Shown piece after piece: positions 1 to 11,701 of a stretch of DNA of 64,000 nucleotides. The translations under genes were made by a program, and so were the position numbers. Location: NCBI GenBank assembly GCA_951406725.2, contig OX597817.1, positions 112,964,001 to 113,028,000 on the forward strand. Reading direction: 5' to 3'. The number at the start of each line of letters is the position of its first letter. The first letter of the stretch is position 1. The DNA comes from Octopus vulgaris. Its lineage: Eukaryota. A model generated the notes under the pieces. That model did not search any database. It was not told the DNA's origin and was given only the letters and a program-made list of their open reading frames with translations.

Positions 1-460
1 ATCACATCATCATAATCCTGAAGCTATGAGATAATGCATGATTATTTCAAAGCAGTGTGAATAAACATTACATTTGACAAAGTAATCTGAATGCTATTGG
101 GTTAAAGTCAACCCTGGTAAGATTTGAATTAGGATCATGGAAGACTAATCTTAAAAACTGATGTTTTAGTATTGGTTAATTTTTGCCATATTGGCCATCT
201 TTCAGTGTTCGAACATTGATTTCTTACAGTGACTCAACATCATAAATGTGTAGGGGGTAGGCATAGTCAAGTGGATTGATTGTTTGTCTTTTAATTTATT
301 TACACCAGAAGATGTGAACTCAAAACCAAGTGAAATGGAACTAATTATTTTAAAGTAGTTAGCTTACACTGTTGTTTATCTCATTCCACTACTTTTATGT
401 ATGTGTGTGTACGTATCTAAGCATGTGTATGTGTGAGTGTGCCCATGCATGTGTGTGTGC

Positions 461-572
461 CTACATACATACATACATACATACATACATACATACATAC
501 ATCATACATACATACATACATACATACATACATACATACATACATACATACATACATACATACATACATACA
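461..572. repeat. (ACAT)n microsatellite
   Basis: Read directly from the sequence; it explains the spurious HTYI ORFs. Confidence 0.95.
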
Positions 573-699
573 TGTATGTATGAATGTAGAGATAGTGAGG
601 TCTTGGCACTGTGTATGGCATCTAGTCCAGATATTTACACAGCTTTCAGTGCCAATGCTTGCTACTAGTACTTTCAATACCTTCCATGTGTGTGTGTAT

Positions 700-960
700 T
701 CTTTTATATGTTTCAGTCATTTGACTGCAGCTATGCTGGGGCACTACCTTAAAAGGTTTTAGTCAAATAACTCGACCCCAGAACTTATTCTTTGTAAGCC
801 TATTATTTATTCTATCAGTCTCTTGTTGAACCACTAAGTTACAGAGACATAAACACATCAGCATCAGTTGTCAAGTGATGGTGGTGGTGGTGGTGGTGGT
901 GGTGGGAGACAAACACAGATTCAAAGATATGCTCATAAATACACACACACACACACATAT
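700..960 (-). mobile_element. Partial SINE (same family as 5100-5527)
   Basis: Shares the TTTCAGTCATTTGACTGC.GC.ATGCTGG.GCAC...GACCCCAG.ACTTATTC body with other copies in the window. Confidence 0.7.
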
Positions 961-964
961 ACAC

Positions 965-1008
<44 letters not shown>

Positions 1009-1145
1009 TATGAGTTAGAAGTTATGCAACCATCTAAGGGATAAATGCATCCATAGGCACTACTGGTGTATTACCTCACTATGTATAGGCCTTGCTATAA
1101 GATTTAAAGTAGTTGGTAATTTAAATGGTAAACCATGGTTTAATA

Positions 1146-2746
1146 CTGTGGGGGTCAAAAGTGTTTGCAAATTGTATATATTGATAAATTAATGCTTCAA
1201 TATTTTCCAATATAATAACTATGTTACTCATTGTTCGATATGCAAATATATAAAGTAAATTCCTAATGACGGAAACCAAATAATCATATTCTGGGGGGAA
1301 AATATGGATTTTTAAAAAATTTCAGGAAGAAATATGGGCCAAAAGAGTTTGCAAGACTCATTTATTCGAAATAAATAACATTTTTAAACATAATATAATT
1401 TGAAATATTGTGTCATTATGATAATAGTACCATATATTGATAACATATTACAAGAAAACAACAGTTATTGCTCAAATAACAATTAACAAAACAATACAAA
1501 TTTATAAAACAATTTAACCCTTTATACGCTTTCCTCCATTCTTAATCAAATCCATCAGCCTCCTATCAACAGAGGATGTTAATTTATGCACTTGTTGAGG
1601 TGTGATTTCAGAAGATACCTCCTTGATCCTCTCCCAAATATCTTTTTTACTGTTGAATTGATGCCCGTTTTCGTAAACCTTCCTCTTCAGAATCGACCAG
1701 AGGTTCTCTATCGGATTCAAATCCGGGCTCTGAGGTGGCCAGTCCATCAGACGTTCACCAGAGATCCCCTGGTCTGAAAGCCAAGCTTTTGTGAACCGAG
1801 AAGCATGGCTTGGGGCATTGTCTTGTTGAATAATGAGATTCTGGTTGACAGCATCATTTTGTGAATTCAACCAGGGCAATAAATTCTCTTCCAAAAACTC
1901 GCAGTAGTTCACAGAATTCATTTTGACACCTTCAGGGACAAGAAAAGGACCAACAATCTCACTTCCAATAATCCCAGCCCAAATCATCACTCCCCCTCCT
2001 CCCTGTTGACGTCTGAATCGCAAGCGTGGGCTATTGCCTTTAAGAAGCCATCCCTTGGTCCAACCGTCGGGACCGTCGAGGGTTGCTCTAGCCTCGTCAG
2101 TCCAGAGAACATTTTGAAAATTGGTTTTCAAATATTTAGTGGCCCATGCTAGTCGCTTCTGACAGTTGATATCACTCAAAGGAGGACATTTTGTCGGTGT
2201 TCTCTGGTCGGCTATTTGTTTCAAAATTCGATTTCGGGTCATTTTAGAGATGTCAGACACTCCTGCATGGTCGAAAATAGCTTTGCTTGTGCTGTGTGGG
2301 TTTGCTAGCACACTCCTCTTGATTTTTCTCAAATCTCGTGGTGAAGTCACCTTTGGTCTGCCACTTTTGTGCTTTTTTCTTCCATCTTTGCCGTCAATGA
2401 CGAAACGTTTCACAGTTCGATGATCTCGTTTCAAAATTTTTGAAATTTCTAATGTAGACTTCTTTGCAGCAAGTAATTTAATAATTTCACCCTTCTCGCT
2501 ATCTGTCAACATCTTTCCTTTAGCCATTATTAATAAATTTATGTTACCTGCATAAACTTTTGGCTCACCTGAAAAGAGGAAAATGTTTAACAATTATTAA
2601 ATTCTGGGTTTTTTCGTAAAATGTATTAATGAAAAAAAACAGAATGGCAACCAGCAAATGATGGAAGAGGTGAAACTAAAAAATAAAGAAAAATTAATAA
2701 AGAAATTGAGAAAAAATAGGTCTGCAAACTCTTTTGTCCCCCACAG
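1146..2746 (-). mobile_element. Tc1/mariner-superfamily DNA transposon, DD37E (TRT-like), full length
   Basis: Imperfect ~26-bp TIRs: CTGTGGGGGTCAAAAGTGTTTGCAAA from 1146 and TCTGCAAACTCTTTTGTCCCCCACAG ending at 2746. TA dinucleotides flank both ends (1144-1145, 2747-2748). Encloses an uninterrupted transposase ORF. Confidence 0.93.
1514..2527 (-). CDS. Tc1-like transposase, DD37E triad (337 aa from MAKGK)
   Basis: N-terminal HTH region and GRPK AT-hook. Catalytic motifs WTDE, QQDNAPSH and SPDLNPIENLW, with 37 residues counted between the second D and the E. The ORF track starts at a TTG at 2593; the first ATG is at 2527. Confidence 0.93.
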   Translation of the reverse strand: MAKGKMLTDSEKGEIIKLLAAKKSTLEISKILKRDHRTVKRFVIDGKDGRKKHKSGRPKVTSPRDLRKIKRSVLANPHSTSKAIFDHAGVSDISKMTRNRILKQIADQRTPTKCPPLSDINCQKRLAWATKYLKTNFQNVLWTDEARATLDGPDGWTKGWLLKGNSPRLRFRRQQGGGGVMIWAGIIGSEIVGPFLVPEGVKMNSVNYCEFLEENLLPWLNSQNDAVNQNLIIQQDNAPSHASRFTKAWLSDQGISGERLMDWPPQSPDLNPIENLWSILKRKVYENGHQFNSKKDIWERIKEVSSEITPQQVHKLTSSVDRRLMDLIKNGGKRIKG

Positions 2747-2807
2747 TATATTCAGATAAGAAAAGAAATGGGACAACAATTAACAATTAGATTATTGGTC
2801 ATAAATA

Positions 2808-2862
<55 letters not shown>

Positions 2863-2919
2863 GTATGTTTATCAATTTGTGTTATAAGATTCCTGATGTG
2901 AAATCATGTGTTGAAACAG

Positions 2920-3190
2920 ATATTGTTGTATTTCAGGATGGTCATTTTGTTTTTGTTTTTGGCCAAATAAACACACACACACGCACACACAGACACTATA
3001 TATATATTTGTTCTTCACTCATTTATTACTTTTCTTATTTTTTATTATTTTAACTCATGTCCATTGTCCAACAATGGACATGAGTTAAAATAAAATAATA
3101 AGAACAGTAATAAATAAATGAAGAACAACTATATAGTGTGTGTGTTTGTTTGGCAAAAGAGATAAAAATTACCATCCCAAAATACAACTA
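2920..3190. repeat. Palindromic (fold-back) repeat between TA microsatellites
   Basis: Centre TTTTAACTCATGTCCATTGT-CCA-ACAATGGACATGAGTTAAAA at ~3069, with imperfect arms of ~130 bp. Confidence 0.75.
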
Positions 3191-3247
3191 TATGTATGTG
3201 TATATATATATATATATATTATCTTGATAGTAATTACAATGTTAGTG

Positions 3248-3496
3248 GAGGTGCATGGCTTAGTGGTTAGGGTGTCAGCATCATGATCGTAAGATTGTGG
3301 TTTCAGTTCCTGGACCGCGCGACGCGTTGTGTTCCTGAGCAAAACACTTCATTTCACGTTGCTCCAGTTCACTCATCTGGCAAAAATGAGTAACGCTGCG
3401 ATGGACTGGCGTCCCGTCCAGCTGGGGAACACATACACCATAGAAACCGGGAAATCGGGCCCATGAGCCTGGCTTTAAAAGGGTGCATTTATTATT
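3248..3496 (+). mobile_element. tRNA-derived SINE with 17-bp target-site duplication
   Basis: A-box-like TGGCTTAGTGG and a B-box-like segment. TAATTACAATGTTAGTG is duplicated at 3231-3247 and 3497-3513. Related copies lie at ~35030-35155, 36380-36535 and 46535-46670 (all minus strand). Confidence 0.85.
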
Positions 3497-4219
3497 TAAT
3501 TACAATGTTAGTGTACTTACTTTTAATATAAATTATCTATAAATAGTATCTGGTAAAGTTTAGGTTTTGCTTTTGTTTGCAAAGTTTATATTGGCCATAG
3601 ATTTACACACAAATATTGATAACACAACACTAATAGATGGTAATTAACTAGCAGTTTTGATACATCATATTTTTTGTGGTCTTCAGTATTTTTTACAAAT
3701 GCAGGCACAACTACTTGAATGTTACCACCCTCTCATTCACTCTCTCTCTACCCATCTTTCTCTCTCGCTTGCTTTAATCTCTCTCTCTCTATTTTTCCCT
3801 AACTACCACACCACGAGTAAATAAAAACATATTACATATGCATGTGCACAAATATATCAAACATATTTGTTTATATGTATATATATGAAAATAATGGCTT
3901 TTTAAACAATGCACATATCTGAGTCTGTCGTAGGTCAACCAACACATTGACATGTAACTCCCCTGATGAAATGCCCAATTAACCAGTTTCAATATGAAAT
4001 TTTAAATTAATTTAATTTTATTTTATTTCTGTAATTGAACTAATTGTGTATGGAAACGGCTGTAGGACAGGAATTTCATTATATGGATTTGAAAATCTTT
4101 GAATAAACTGTGTGTATGTCAATTTCTTCATTTTCTTCCTTTTCTCATTCATAAATATTTTAAATACCTATGTATATATATCAATGCAAAACTAATATTA
4201 GTTTTCACTAAAACAATAT

Positions 4220-4490
4220 GAAATACGAAAACAACATGAAATATGGAAGACAAACTTGGGTTTGTGAACAATGAGAGAAACAAATGGAAAACAAGACAAG
4301 TAACATAAAAAAAATGACCCTTCATCAGTTGTTGGCTGTCCATCTCTCATTTCGAGCAATTAATTGCTCGAAATTGATGGACAGCCAACAACTGATGAAG
4401 GATCATTTTTTATGTTACTTGTCTTGTTGTCTGTTTGTTTCTCTCATTGTATGCAAGTTTGTCTTTGTATTTCGTGTTGATTACGTTTTG
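4220..4490. repeat. Long palindrome, possibly a Penelope-like-element remnant
   Basis: Perfect centre TTTCGAGCAATTAATTGCTCGAAA at ~4361 with ~130-bp arms. Each arm carries GATGGACAGCCAACAACTGATGAAGG reading outward. Confidence 0.75.
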
Positions 4491-4556
4491 TGACGTCCTG
4501 TACCCATATATGCATATATATATATACACATATATATTTATGTATGTATGTATGTA

Positions 4557-4604
<48 letters not shown>

Positions 4605-5099
4605 CATACGGTGTAATCTTAACTTCCAAGCTTTCTCAGTAAGGAAGCTGCTACACTGAAACATTCTTCTCTATACACGAATGCTAGATTACAACCATTT
4701 CAACAATGAGCTTCACTCTATACTTGGGTCATAACTGGGAGTAATCACCCAAATAACTGAGGACAAGTAATTTTCCATAGATGATTTCCTCACTCTCTTT
4801 CTAATTATTCTCAGGAATCATCATGCCATGTTGCCAGAACATCATCGTTCCTCAGAATATTTTGCACACAATTCTCACTTAAGGATTACAACTTCACTGA
4901 TGTTGTGTATCCATATGGCAGCATGTTAAAAGACTGTTAGTGGAGTGCTTGCAACTTCCCAGTATTGAATTGCAAGTTGTTTTTCTTAGACCATCAGAAT
5001 ATGGCATTTTGATTATCTCTGATAATTTGTTATCATCAACACAGATGTAGTAACTGTTCTAATTACTAAAAATACTTATGAATGAGCTATTAGCAATTC

Positions 5100-5307
5100 T
5101 TTTATTCTTTTATTTGTTTCAGTCATTTGACTGCGGCCATGCTGGAGCACCACCTTTAGTCGAGCAAATCGACCCCAGGACTTATTCTTTGTAAGCCTAG
5201 TACTTATTCTAGCGGTCTCTCTTGCCGAACTGCTAAGTGACGGGGATGTAAACACACCAGCATCAGTTGTCAAGCAAGGTTGGGGGAACAAACTCAGACA
5301 CACAAAC

Positions 5308-5365
<58 letters not shown>

Positions 5366-5527
5366 GACGGGCTTCTTTCAGTTTCCGTCTACCAAATCCA
5401 CTCACAAGGCTTTGGTCGGCCCAAGGTTATAGCAGAAGACAATTGCCCAAGGTGCCACACAGTGGGATTGAACCCAGAACCATGTGGTTGGTAAGCAAGC
5501 TACTTACCATACAGCCATTTCTGCGCC
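5100..5527 (-). mobile_element. Full-length tRNA-derived SINE with internal (TA)n/(CA)n
   Basis: Minus-strand head TGGCTGTATGGTAAG...GGTTCAATCCC. Further copies at 6785-7046 plus 11756-11910 (split), 13160-13360, 18560-18890, 21655-22090, 26485-26750, 41575-41760 and 43750-43990. Confidence 0.85.
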
Positions 5528-6581
5528 TATAGTAATAACCCCTTAGAAAGTTTTCTGAAATACACCGTATTGCTGACATTTTTTTTTTCTTTCTGTTTTG
5601 TAAAAATTTTGACATTACAACAACTTGACTTTTCTTACCTGAAAAGGAAAAAAACCATACAACCATTCTTCTATTATTTCTAATAGTTTCCAACATTACT
5701 GAAATCACAAGGCTTATGACATTTTCCTATGTTGTAGGTCTTTTCAAAAAAGTACAGGTATATCACTTCTACTTTTGAGTAACTGACTAACTGATAGTTG
5801 TAATGTTACAGCAGATGTGTGAAGTATCTTCTACCTGGATTGAACCATGCTGTGCATCACTTGAGACATATGCTTCCAAGATTGTAATCAAATTTTCTCT
5901 GATAATTTGTTCCATGATCTTAGTAATATGTTAAGTGAGAGAGATAGGTCTGTAATTTTGTTTTTGCATCTGCTTTGCTTCCTTTGCTATAGTTAGGACT
6001 TCCTGGAGATTGTATCAGTCCTAAAGGAGTGTAGGAAAAAGTATTTGAGATGGTTAGGATATAGTTTTTTTGCGTTTTTTTTTTTTTATAATTTTGTACA
6101 TATTTCATGCATATATTATTGAAAAAGTGACTTAAACTGTTTCCACATAGAGAATTTTAGGTTTTGTACAATTGCTAAATCTCATGCTTAATTGGTTTCC
6201 AGTTAGACTTGTAGAGTTTCAGGTTGTAGGTTGTACAAAACAGGAAAGTTTCTTCTGAAATGCTCAGCCAGTGGTCATTTTGGATCATGCTATTTTATTG
6301 TACTGTATTATTGTCAGAGAAGATTGCAGGACTTTGTGTGTGTGTGTGTGTGTGCGTGCTCACGTACACAGCAGCAGCATTTAGCGTCTATTTTCCATGC
6401 TGGCATGGGTTAGACATTTGGACTGGAACCGGTAAGCCAGAGAGCTGTACCAAGCTGCAGTCTGGTTTGGCTTAGTTTCTACGACTGGATGCCCTTCCTA
6501 ATGCCAACCACTCCAAGGATGTAGTGAGTTCTAGGAAGGGCATCCAGCTGTAGAAACCAAGCCAAATCAGATTAGAGCCTG

Positions 6582-6623
<42 letters not shown>

Positions 6624-7615
6624 TATATATATTCATTCTCACATCCAGTTTTGTACTGAGGCAAAATGGTGGCCAGATTTCTTTTTTAATAAATACTACC
6701 TACAACATTATAATCTATGCTTTGTGTTCCATCTTTAGAAATGAATACCCTTGAGGACGCACCATTTTCCAAGTCATTCTTGTATTCTTTTACTTGTTTC
6801 AGTCACTTGACTGCTGCCATGCTGGAACACCATCTTAAAGAGTTTTTTAGTCAAAGAAATCGACCCCAGCAATGTTTTTCTTTTTAAAGCCTAGTACTTA
6901 TTCTACCAATCTCTTTTGCTGAAATGCTAAGTTACAGGGATATAAATACACCAACATCGGTTGTTAAGTGATGATGAGGGAGGGACAGACAGCAACACAA
7001 TGGCATGCACACAATGATATACATATATCTATGACAAGCTTCTTTCAATACAGTTCTATATTTAAGAGATGAGGAATTATGTGCATTATTTATATTTGAC
7101 GGATATTTGTCCTCATCTTCTCCAGCCTTCATCAGGTGTCTTGTGGAAATTTCGAACCTGGGTTCTTATTCCTAAGGTATTTTTCGATGTTATTATTATT
7201 ATCATTCAGGTCACTGCCTAGAATCAAACTCAGAATCTTGTAGTTAAGAGTGCAGGTTACTAACCCCCAAGATTCCAAGTTTGATTCCAGGCAGTGACTT
7301 GAATGATAATAATAATAATAATAATAATAATAATCAATTCTTTTTTATTGGCCACAAGGGCTGACACGCATGATTACATAAAGGGACAAGACAGGACGAA
7401 AGGTTACAAAGGGTTTTGTCCGTTTGTTAAAAAATCCGTGTAAAAAACTTTAAAACAATAATTATTAAAACAATGAAAAACTCCCAAAAGGGGGAGACGT
7501 CTCGAAAGGTTCCTGGTGGAAAAAAACCCTACAAAAGCCAACGGGAGCCTGGTCAAAAAAAGGGGGTGTAGAGAGTCCCCTTTCTTCTCCTTTTACATTA
7601 CCTTTTTCTTTGAAA

Positions 7616-8430
7616 TCACAGGCGAAACCTGAGAACTGGTCCATTTATACAGGCCAGTCTCGCACAATTCACCCACCTTTCATAAAACTTGCTATCGGAC
7701 AGCACTTTCCTCTCTAACCTCATCTTCCTTTTCAGGTGAAACTTGAAAAAGTTGATGAGGCCTTGACCAAAGAGGAAAGTGTCTGTCTTTAGCCCTTTCA
7801 AACGAGTCCACCACACGACCTCTTTCGCCACAGCCACTAGGCACAAGAAAACGGCCTCGCCCTCCTTGTTAAAGGAGGTCGGCGGGGCAATCTTCACTAT
7901 GGATTCGGCCGATAGTCGGATCCGTCCTACACGTGACAGTAGCTGTTCGACATAAACCCATATTTCAGCAATACTCGGGCACTGAACGAGTGCGTGCAGA
8001 ACGGTTTCATCGTCCTGGCAACACCTCGGGCAGGCCCGGCTGACGGCACTTCCGTGCCGGTAGAGTTTATCTCGAACAGGCAGAGCCCCTCGGTAGCACT
8101 GCCAAGCGAGAGACCTCTGGAAATTATCCATCGGCCCCGGCCCGAAAGTCCTCCCGAACAGACCGCACAGTTCGTCATCTTCAACGCCTAGAGTTTCCCC
8201 GAGAACGTCGTCGCATTTTTCCTCCACTAACCCTCTATAGAACGCTAGAGTGGAGCTGTAACCGACCGCATTGCCCGCCTAGTGGAGGGCGGAGAGGGCT
8301 TGACGGCACTCGAGGTGCCAAGCGCCCTTTCTCGGTCTACGTTTGATCCAGGTCTGCAGCTCCGTCAAAGAGACGAGCTGCGGAAAATCGCGTCTGACAA
8401 AAGACGACCACACCTGTTCACCGTCTAGAA
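7616..8430 (-). pseudogene. C-terminal part of LINE ORF2 (zinc-finger region), detached by a frameshift and one stop
   Basis: Reading continues in another frame at ~8430 (HLKRF/LDGEQVW). A TAG falls at 8279-8281, then the same frame reaches CPRC-x8-HALVQC. Confidence 0.85.
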
Positions 8431-11049
8431 GCGCTTGAGATGCCGCAGCCTGAGCGCATGTCTGCGCAACAGCAACCACGGCATTCCAAGGCCTCCGTTC
8501 AGCGGTCGTTGACAGCAGATGGATCGCCTGACCAGTGGCACCTGACCCTTCCACAAAAAGTCGAAGAGCAGGCGTACCAGCTTGGCCAACCAGTGGTCGG
8601 GACAAGGGACGACGGTCAAGTGGTAATAGATGACGGATGTGATGTACGCATTCGCCACCTCCGCTCGACCTTTCAGGGACAGCTTCCTCTCAGCCCATTT
8701 CTGGGTGAGACGTGCCACCCTGCTCGTCACCTCTTCCCAGTTCTTATCCACCTGGAGGTCCGGACCGAACCAGACCCCGAGCAGTTTAACGGGTCCGTCT
8801 GTCCAGCGCCCTACGACGCTGTTGGACGGCATGGGCTTGCCTCTCCAGGTGCCCAGTTGCAAGCCCACAGACTTTTCCGCGTTAATCTTTGCCCCTGTCA
8901 CCGCTTCGTACTGGTTTAGCGTCTCGCCAATCAGGCCAATGTGCCTGTGGCTCGACACCACCACGGTGACGTCGTCGGCATAAGCAGACACGCTGTTTCC
9001 GCCTCCTAGATCGCGCGGGATACCCCTCAAAGCCTCCAACTTGCGCAGTAATGGCTCGAGAGTCAAAATGTACAAGAGGGAGGAGAGAGGGCATCCTTGG
9101 CGGACCGAACGCGAGATGTCGAACGGTTCCGAAAGGTGACCGTTCACCAGTATCACTGAGCAGATGTTGCTGTATAAAGCAGCGATCCACCCGCGGAAGA
9201 CTGGACCGAAGCCGGCTGCCCTGAGGACAGCTGCCAGGTACCGATGGTCGACCCTATCGAAGGCTTTACTCTGATCCAAGTTGATCAAAGCCCCACCCGC
9301 GCCAGCGTCGTTACCCACCCTCTCTATGATGTAGCGCATGAGATGGAGGTTGTCGTGTATCGACCTGGTCGGCACGGCGCATGTCTGCGTCTCGCCGACC
9401 AGCTTGTCCACGACAAGCGCCAATCTCTTGGCTAGCACCTTGGCCAAAATCTTCAACTCTGCATTGAGCAGAGTGATGGGCCGGAAATTCCCTATAACGT
9501 CCCCCTTGTTTGGGTCCTTCTTTAGCAAAGCCACCACCCCTCGACAGACAAAAGCAGGAATTCTCCCGTTTTGCTGCCAGTTGCAGTAGACGTTTGCCAA
9601 CAGGTCCGCAAACAAGTCTGGCATTGAAAAGTAAAGCTCGTAGGGCAGACCATCCAAACCCGGCGATCTACCTCTCGTGCAACTCTTCATCGCTTCCTGT
9701 ACTTCCCAGGCAGATATCGGTCCTTCGCAGCACTCTGCCTCGCTGTCCGAGAGTTGCGGCAGTCCGTCCAGGTACACACCGAAGTCTGTACCGTTGGTGT
9801 CCGTTCCACCGCTCGTCCCAAACAGTTGAGCAAAGTGCCGCTGAAGCACCGTACACATCTGCTTCGGTTGTGTAACCTCGCGCCTGTTCTGGTCCACCAA
9901 AGACCGAATGGTTGCTCTGTTGCCTCGCTTCGCCTCCGCCACGCGGGCCCATCGAGCGACTCTAGTCCCCTCCCCGCTTAGCGAACGTGCCTTAGCTCTG
10001 ACAACGCAGCCTTCGTGTTTGGCGTCGAAGTGTTGGTCGAGGGCCAACCTTGCCGCCAACACGTCGGTCGCGATGCCAGTGTCAAGAGCCTCGTCTAGTT
10101 TCTTAACTAAATCCCGCTCTCTCTTCCTACGTTCAATAGCTAGAGTCTTACTATACCTAATCGACTCTACTCTAATTGCTCTCTTGAGGGCAAACCACCA
10201 GTTGTTGTTGATGATTGCCCCCGTGAGCGCCCGCTTAACTAGTAAACTAATCCGGTCTCTGTAAGCTTTGCACGCCGTTAAAGACGCGTTCAGCTTCCAG
10301 TAGCCGGGTCCCTGTCTATGTAGCCTATCTAAGTCGACCGTACAGATCACTAATTTGTGGTCCGTATATTCGACTAGGTGGAATTGTGGACATCCTACGC
10401 TGTCCTTATCCGCTGGCCTACAAAACACTCTATCTAAGTACGATCTAGACGACCCGATGCGGTTTGTCCAAGTCCACATTGGCACATTCGGGTTGTCTAG
10501 TCGAAACCTGTCGGACAGCTGAAAGCGGCCGAGTAGGTTGGCGAGGCTCTTGCACCCTCCCCCTCTCCTAACAGACGCTCCCCTGCCCACCCGATCGAAA
10601 CGTTCGTCTAAGACAGCGTTCCAATCCCCAACTAGTACTAGAGTGCGTGACGTTCCCAGGAAAACTTCCAGACGTTTGAAATAATCCGACTGCCCTGCTC
10701 CTGTCGGAGCGTAGGCAGCCAGCAGTCTGAAAGCACCGCCGTCACTACCGTCGACGTCGAGGACCACCAACTTACCTTCCGGATCCAAGAAGACTGTCCT
10801 TATTTTCAGGTCCAGGCCCTTCCGAAACAACACCGCAGTACCACCACCGCCCGCTCCCGGCCGACACGGAGATAGAAATATCTCGTATCCGCCGAAAAGG
10901 GCTGCGAGTTCCTGCGGGTCGGAGAGCCTGGTTTCACTGATGGCTGCTACATCCACATCATGAAACCTCAGGTCGTTTAACAGGTGACCCTGTTTCCAAG
11001 GTGACCCGAGGCCTCTCACATTCAAGCAACCGATTCTAAGATTTGCCAT
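8425..11049 (-). CDS. LINE ORF2: apurinic endonuclease + reverse transcriptase (874 aa up to a frameshift)
   Basis: APE motifs LNVRGL, SET, YAP, GDWN, SYLDRV and TDH. RT motifs SPGLDGLP, FRPITLLN, LDQSKAFDRV, RQGCPLS and AYADDV. YWKLNASL is typical of L1/Tx1. Confidence 0.93.
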   Translation of the reverse strand: MANLRIGCLNVRGLGSPWKQGHLLNDLRFHDVDVAAISETRLSDPQELAALFGGYEIFLSPCRPGAGGGGTAVLFRKGLDLKIRTVFLDPEGKLVVLDVDGSDGGAFRLLAAYAPTGAGQSDYFKRLEVFLGTSRTLVLVGDWNAVLDERFDRVGRGASVRRGGGCKSLANLLGRFQLSDRFRLDNPNVPMWTWTNRIGSSRSYLDRVFCRPADKDSVGCPQFHLVEYTDHKLVICTVDLDRLHRQGPGYWKLNASLTACKAYRDRISLLVKRALTGAIINNNWWFALKRAIRVESIRYSKTLAIERRKRERDLVKKLDEALDTGIATDVLAARLALDQHFDAKHEGCVVRAKARSLSGEGTRVARWARVAEAKRGNRATIRSLVDQNRREVTQPKQMCTVLQRHFAQLFGTSGGTDTNGTDFGVYLDGLPQLSDSEAECCEGPISAWEVQEAMKSCTRGRSPGLDGLPYELYFSMPDLFADLLANVYCNWQQNGRIPAFVCRGVVALLKKDPNKGDVIGNFRPITLLNAELKILAKVLAKRLALVVDKLVGETQTCAVPTRSIHDNLHLMRYIIERVGNDAGAGGALINLDQSKAFDRVDHRYLAAVLRAAGFGPVFRGWIAALYSNICSVILVNGHLSEPFDISRSVRQGCPLSSLLYILTLEPLLRKLEALRGIPRDLGGGNSVSAYADDVTVVVSSHRHIGLIGETLNQYEAVTGAKINAEKSVGLQLGTWRGKPMPSNSVVGRWTDGPVKLLGVWFGPDLQVDKNWEEVTSRVARLTQKWAERKLSLKGRAEVANAYITSVIYYHLTVVPCPDHWLAKLVRLLFDFLWKGQVPLVRRSICCQRPLNGGLGMPWLLLRRHALRLRHLKRF

Positions 11050-11089
11050 GTCTCAAAGTAGGGGGAAAAAAAAAAGGAGAAAAAAGGCT

Positions 11090-11587
11090 CTACTTACTGT
11101 TGTTGGTGGTGGGGGTGGCTCCCTTGTGCTTTTGCACGGGTGCTTCCACAATGTTTTTATAAAGTTTCTTCGAGAAACTTTTCCCTAGCGATCCCACATC
11201 GTTAGGGAATATTTGTTTGATTTCATCATATGTTTTTGCATTTATTTTTATTGTGAGAATGTGTGCTGGTGGTGTGTTTTGTGTTGGTATGATGAAATCG
11301 GTTATATTTGTACTAGTTTTGTTTTTTAAGTACTCCACTAGTTTTTGGTTCTTTGTGTTTATTGATGTAATTGTGTCTGTGTGTGTTTGTGTGTGTGGCA
11401 GTGGCAGTAGTGGTGTCGAAAGTGTTGTTGTTGTTTGTTGTTGTGAGTGTGTGTTGTTGTTGTTGTTGTTGATGTTGGGAAGCACTATTTGTTCGTGCTT
11501 CCCCTGTAAATCTTTTTGTTTCTTCCTCCTTTTCTTCTTTGGAGGCACTATACTCCATTCTCCTTTGTTGGAATCAGAGCTCGCACA
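11090..11587 (-). pseudogene. C-terminal remnant of LINE ORF1
   Basis: The frame is open from the 5' junction with no ATG (CASSDSNKGEWSIVPPKKKRRKK...) and ends 40 bp before the ORF2 ATG. Confidence 0.7.
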
Positions 11588-11655
11588 ATAATAATAATAA
11601 TAATAACATTGAAAAATATCTTAGGAATGAGAAGTCAGGTTCGAAATTTCCACAA

Positions 11656-11701
11656 GACACCTGATGAAGGCTGGAGGGTATATCAGCCGAAATGTTGTGT
11701 T
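11656..11701 (+). ncRNA. Minimal type I hammerhead ribozyme motif (probably decayed)
   Basis: GACAC-CTGATGA-A-GGCTG(GAGGGTATAT)CAGCC-GAAA-TG-TT-GTGTT: stem I GACAC/GTGTT, a 5-bp stem II and a vestigial stem III. Confidence 0.7.

Larger units (their letters stand above)
7335..11587 (-). mobile_element. Non-LTR retrotransposon, Tx1/L1 clade, 5'-truncated
   Basis: GC-rich block containing an ORF1 C-terminus, an APE+RT ORF2 with a C-terminal CCHC, and a 3' UTR ending in AATAAA. (AAT)n lies on both sides. Confidence 0.92.

Noticed and set aside
7927-10264. Alternative-frame and antisense ORFs within the LINE
   Set aside because: They are by-products of GC-rich ORF2 coding sequence. Only the 3' part of 8279-8605 is the true frameshifted continuation.
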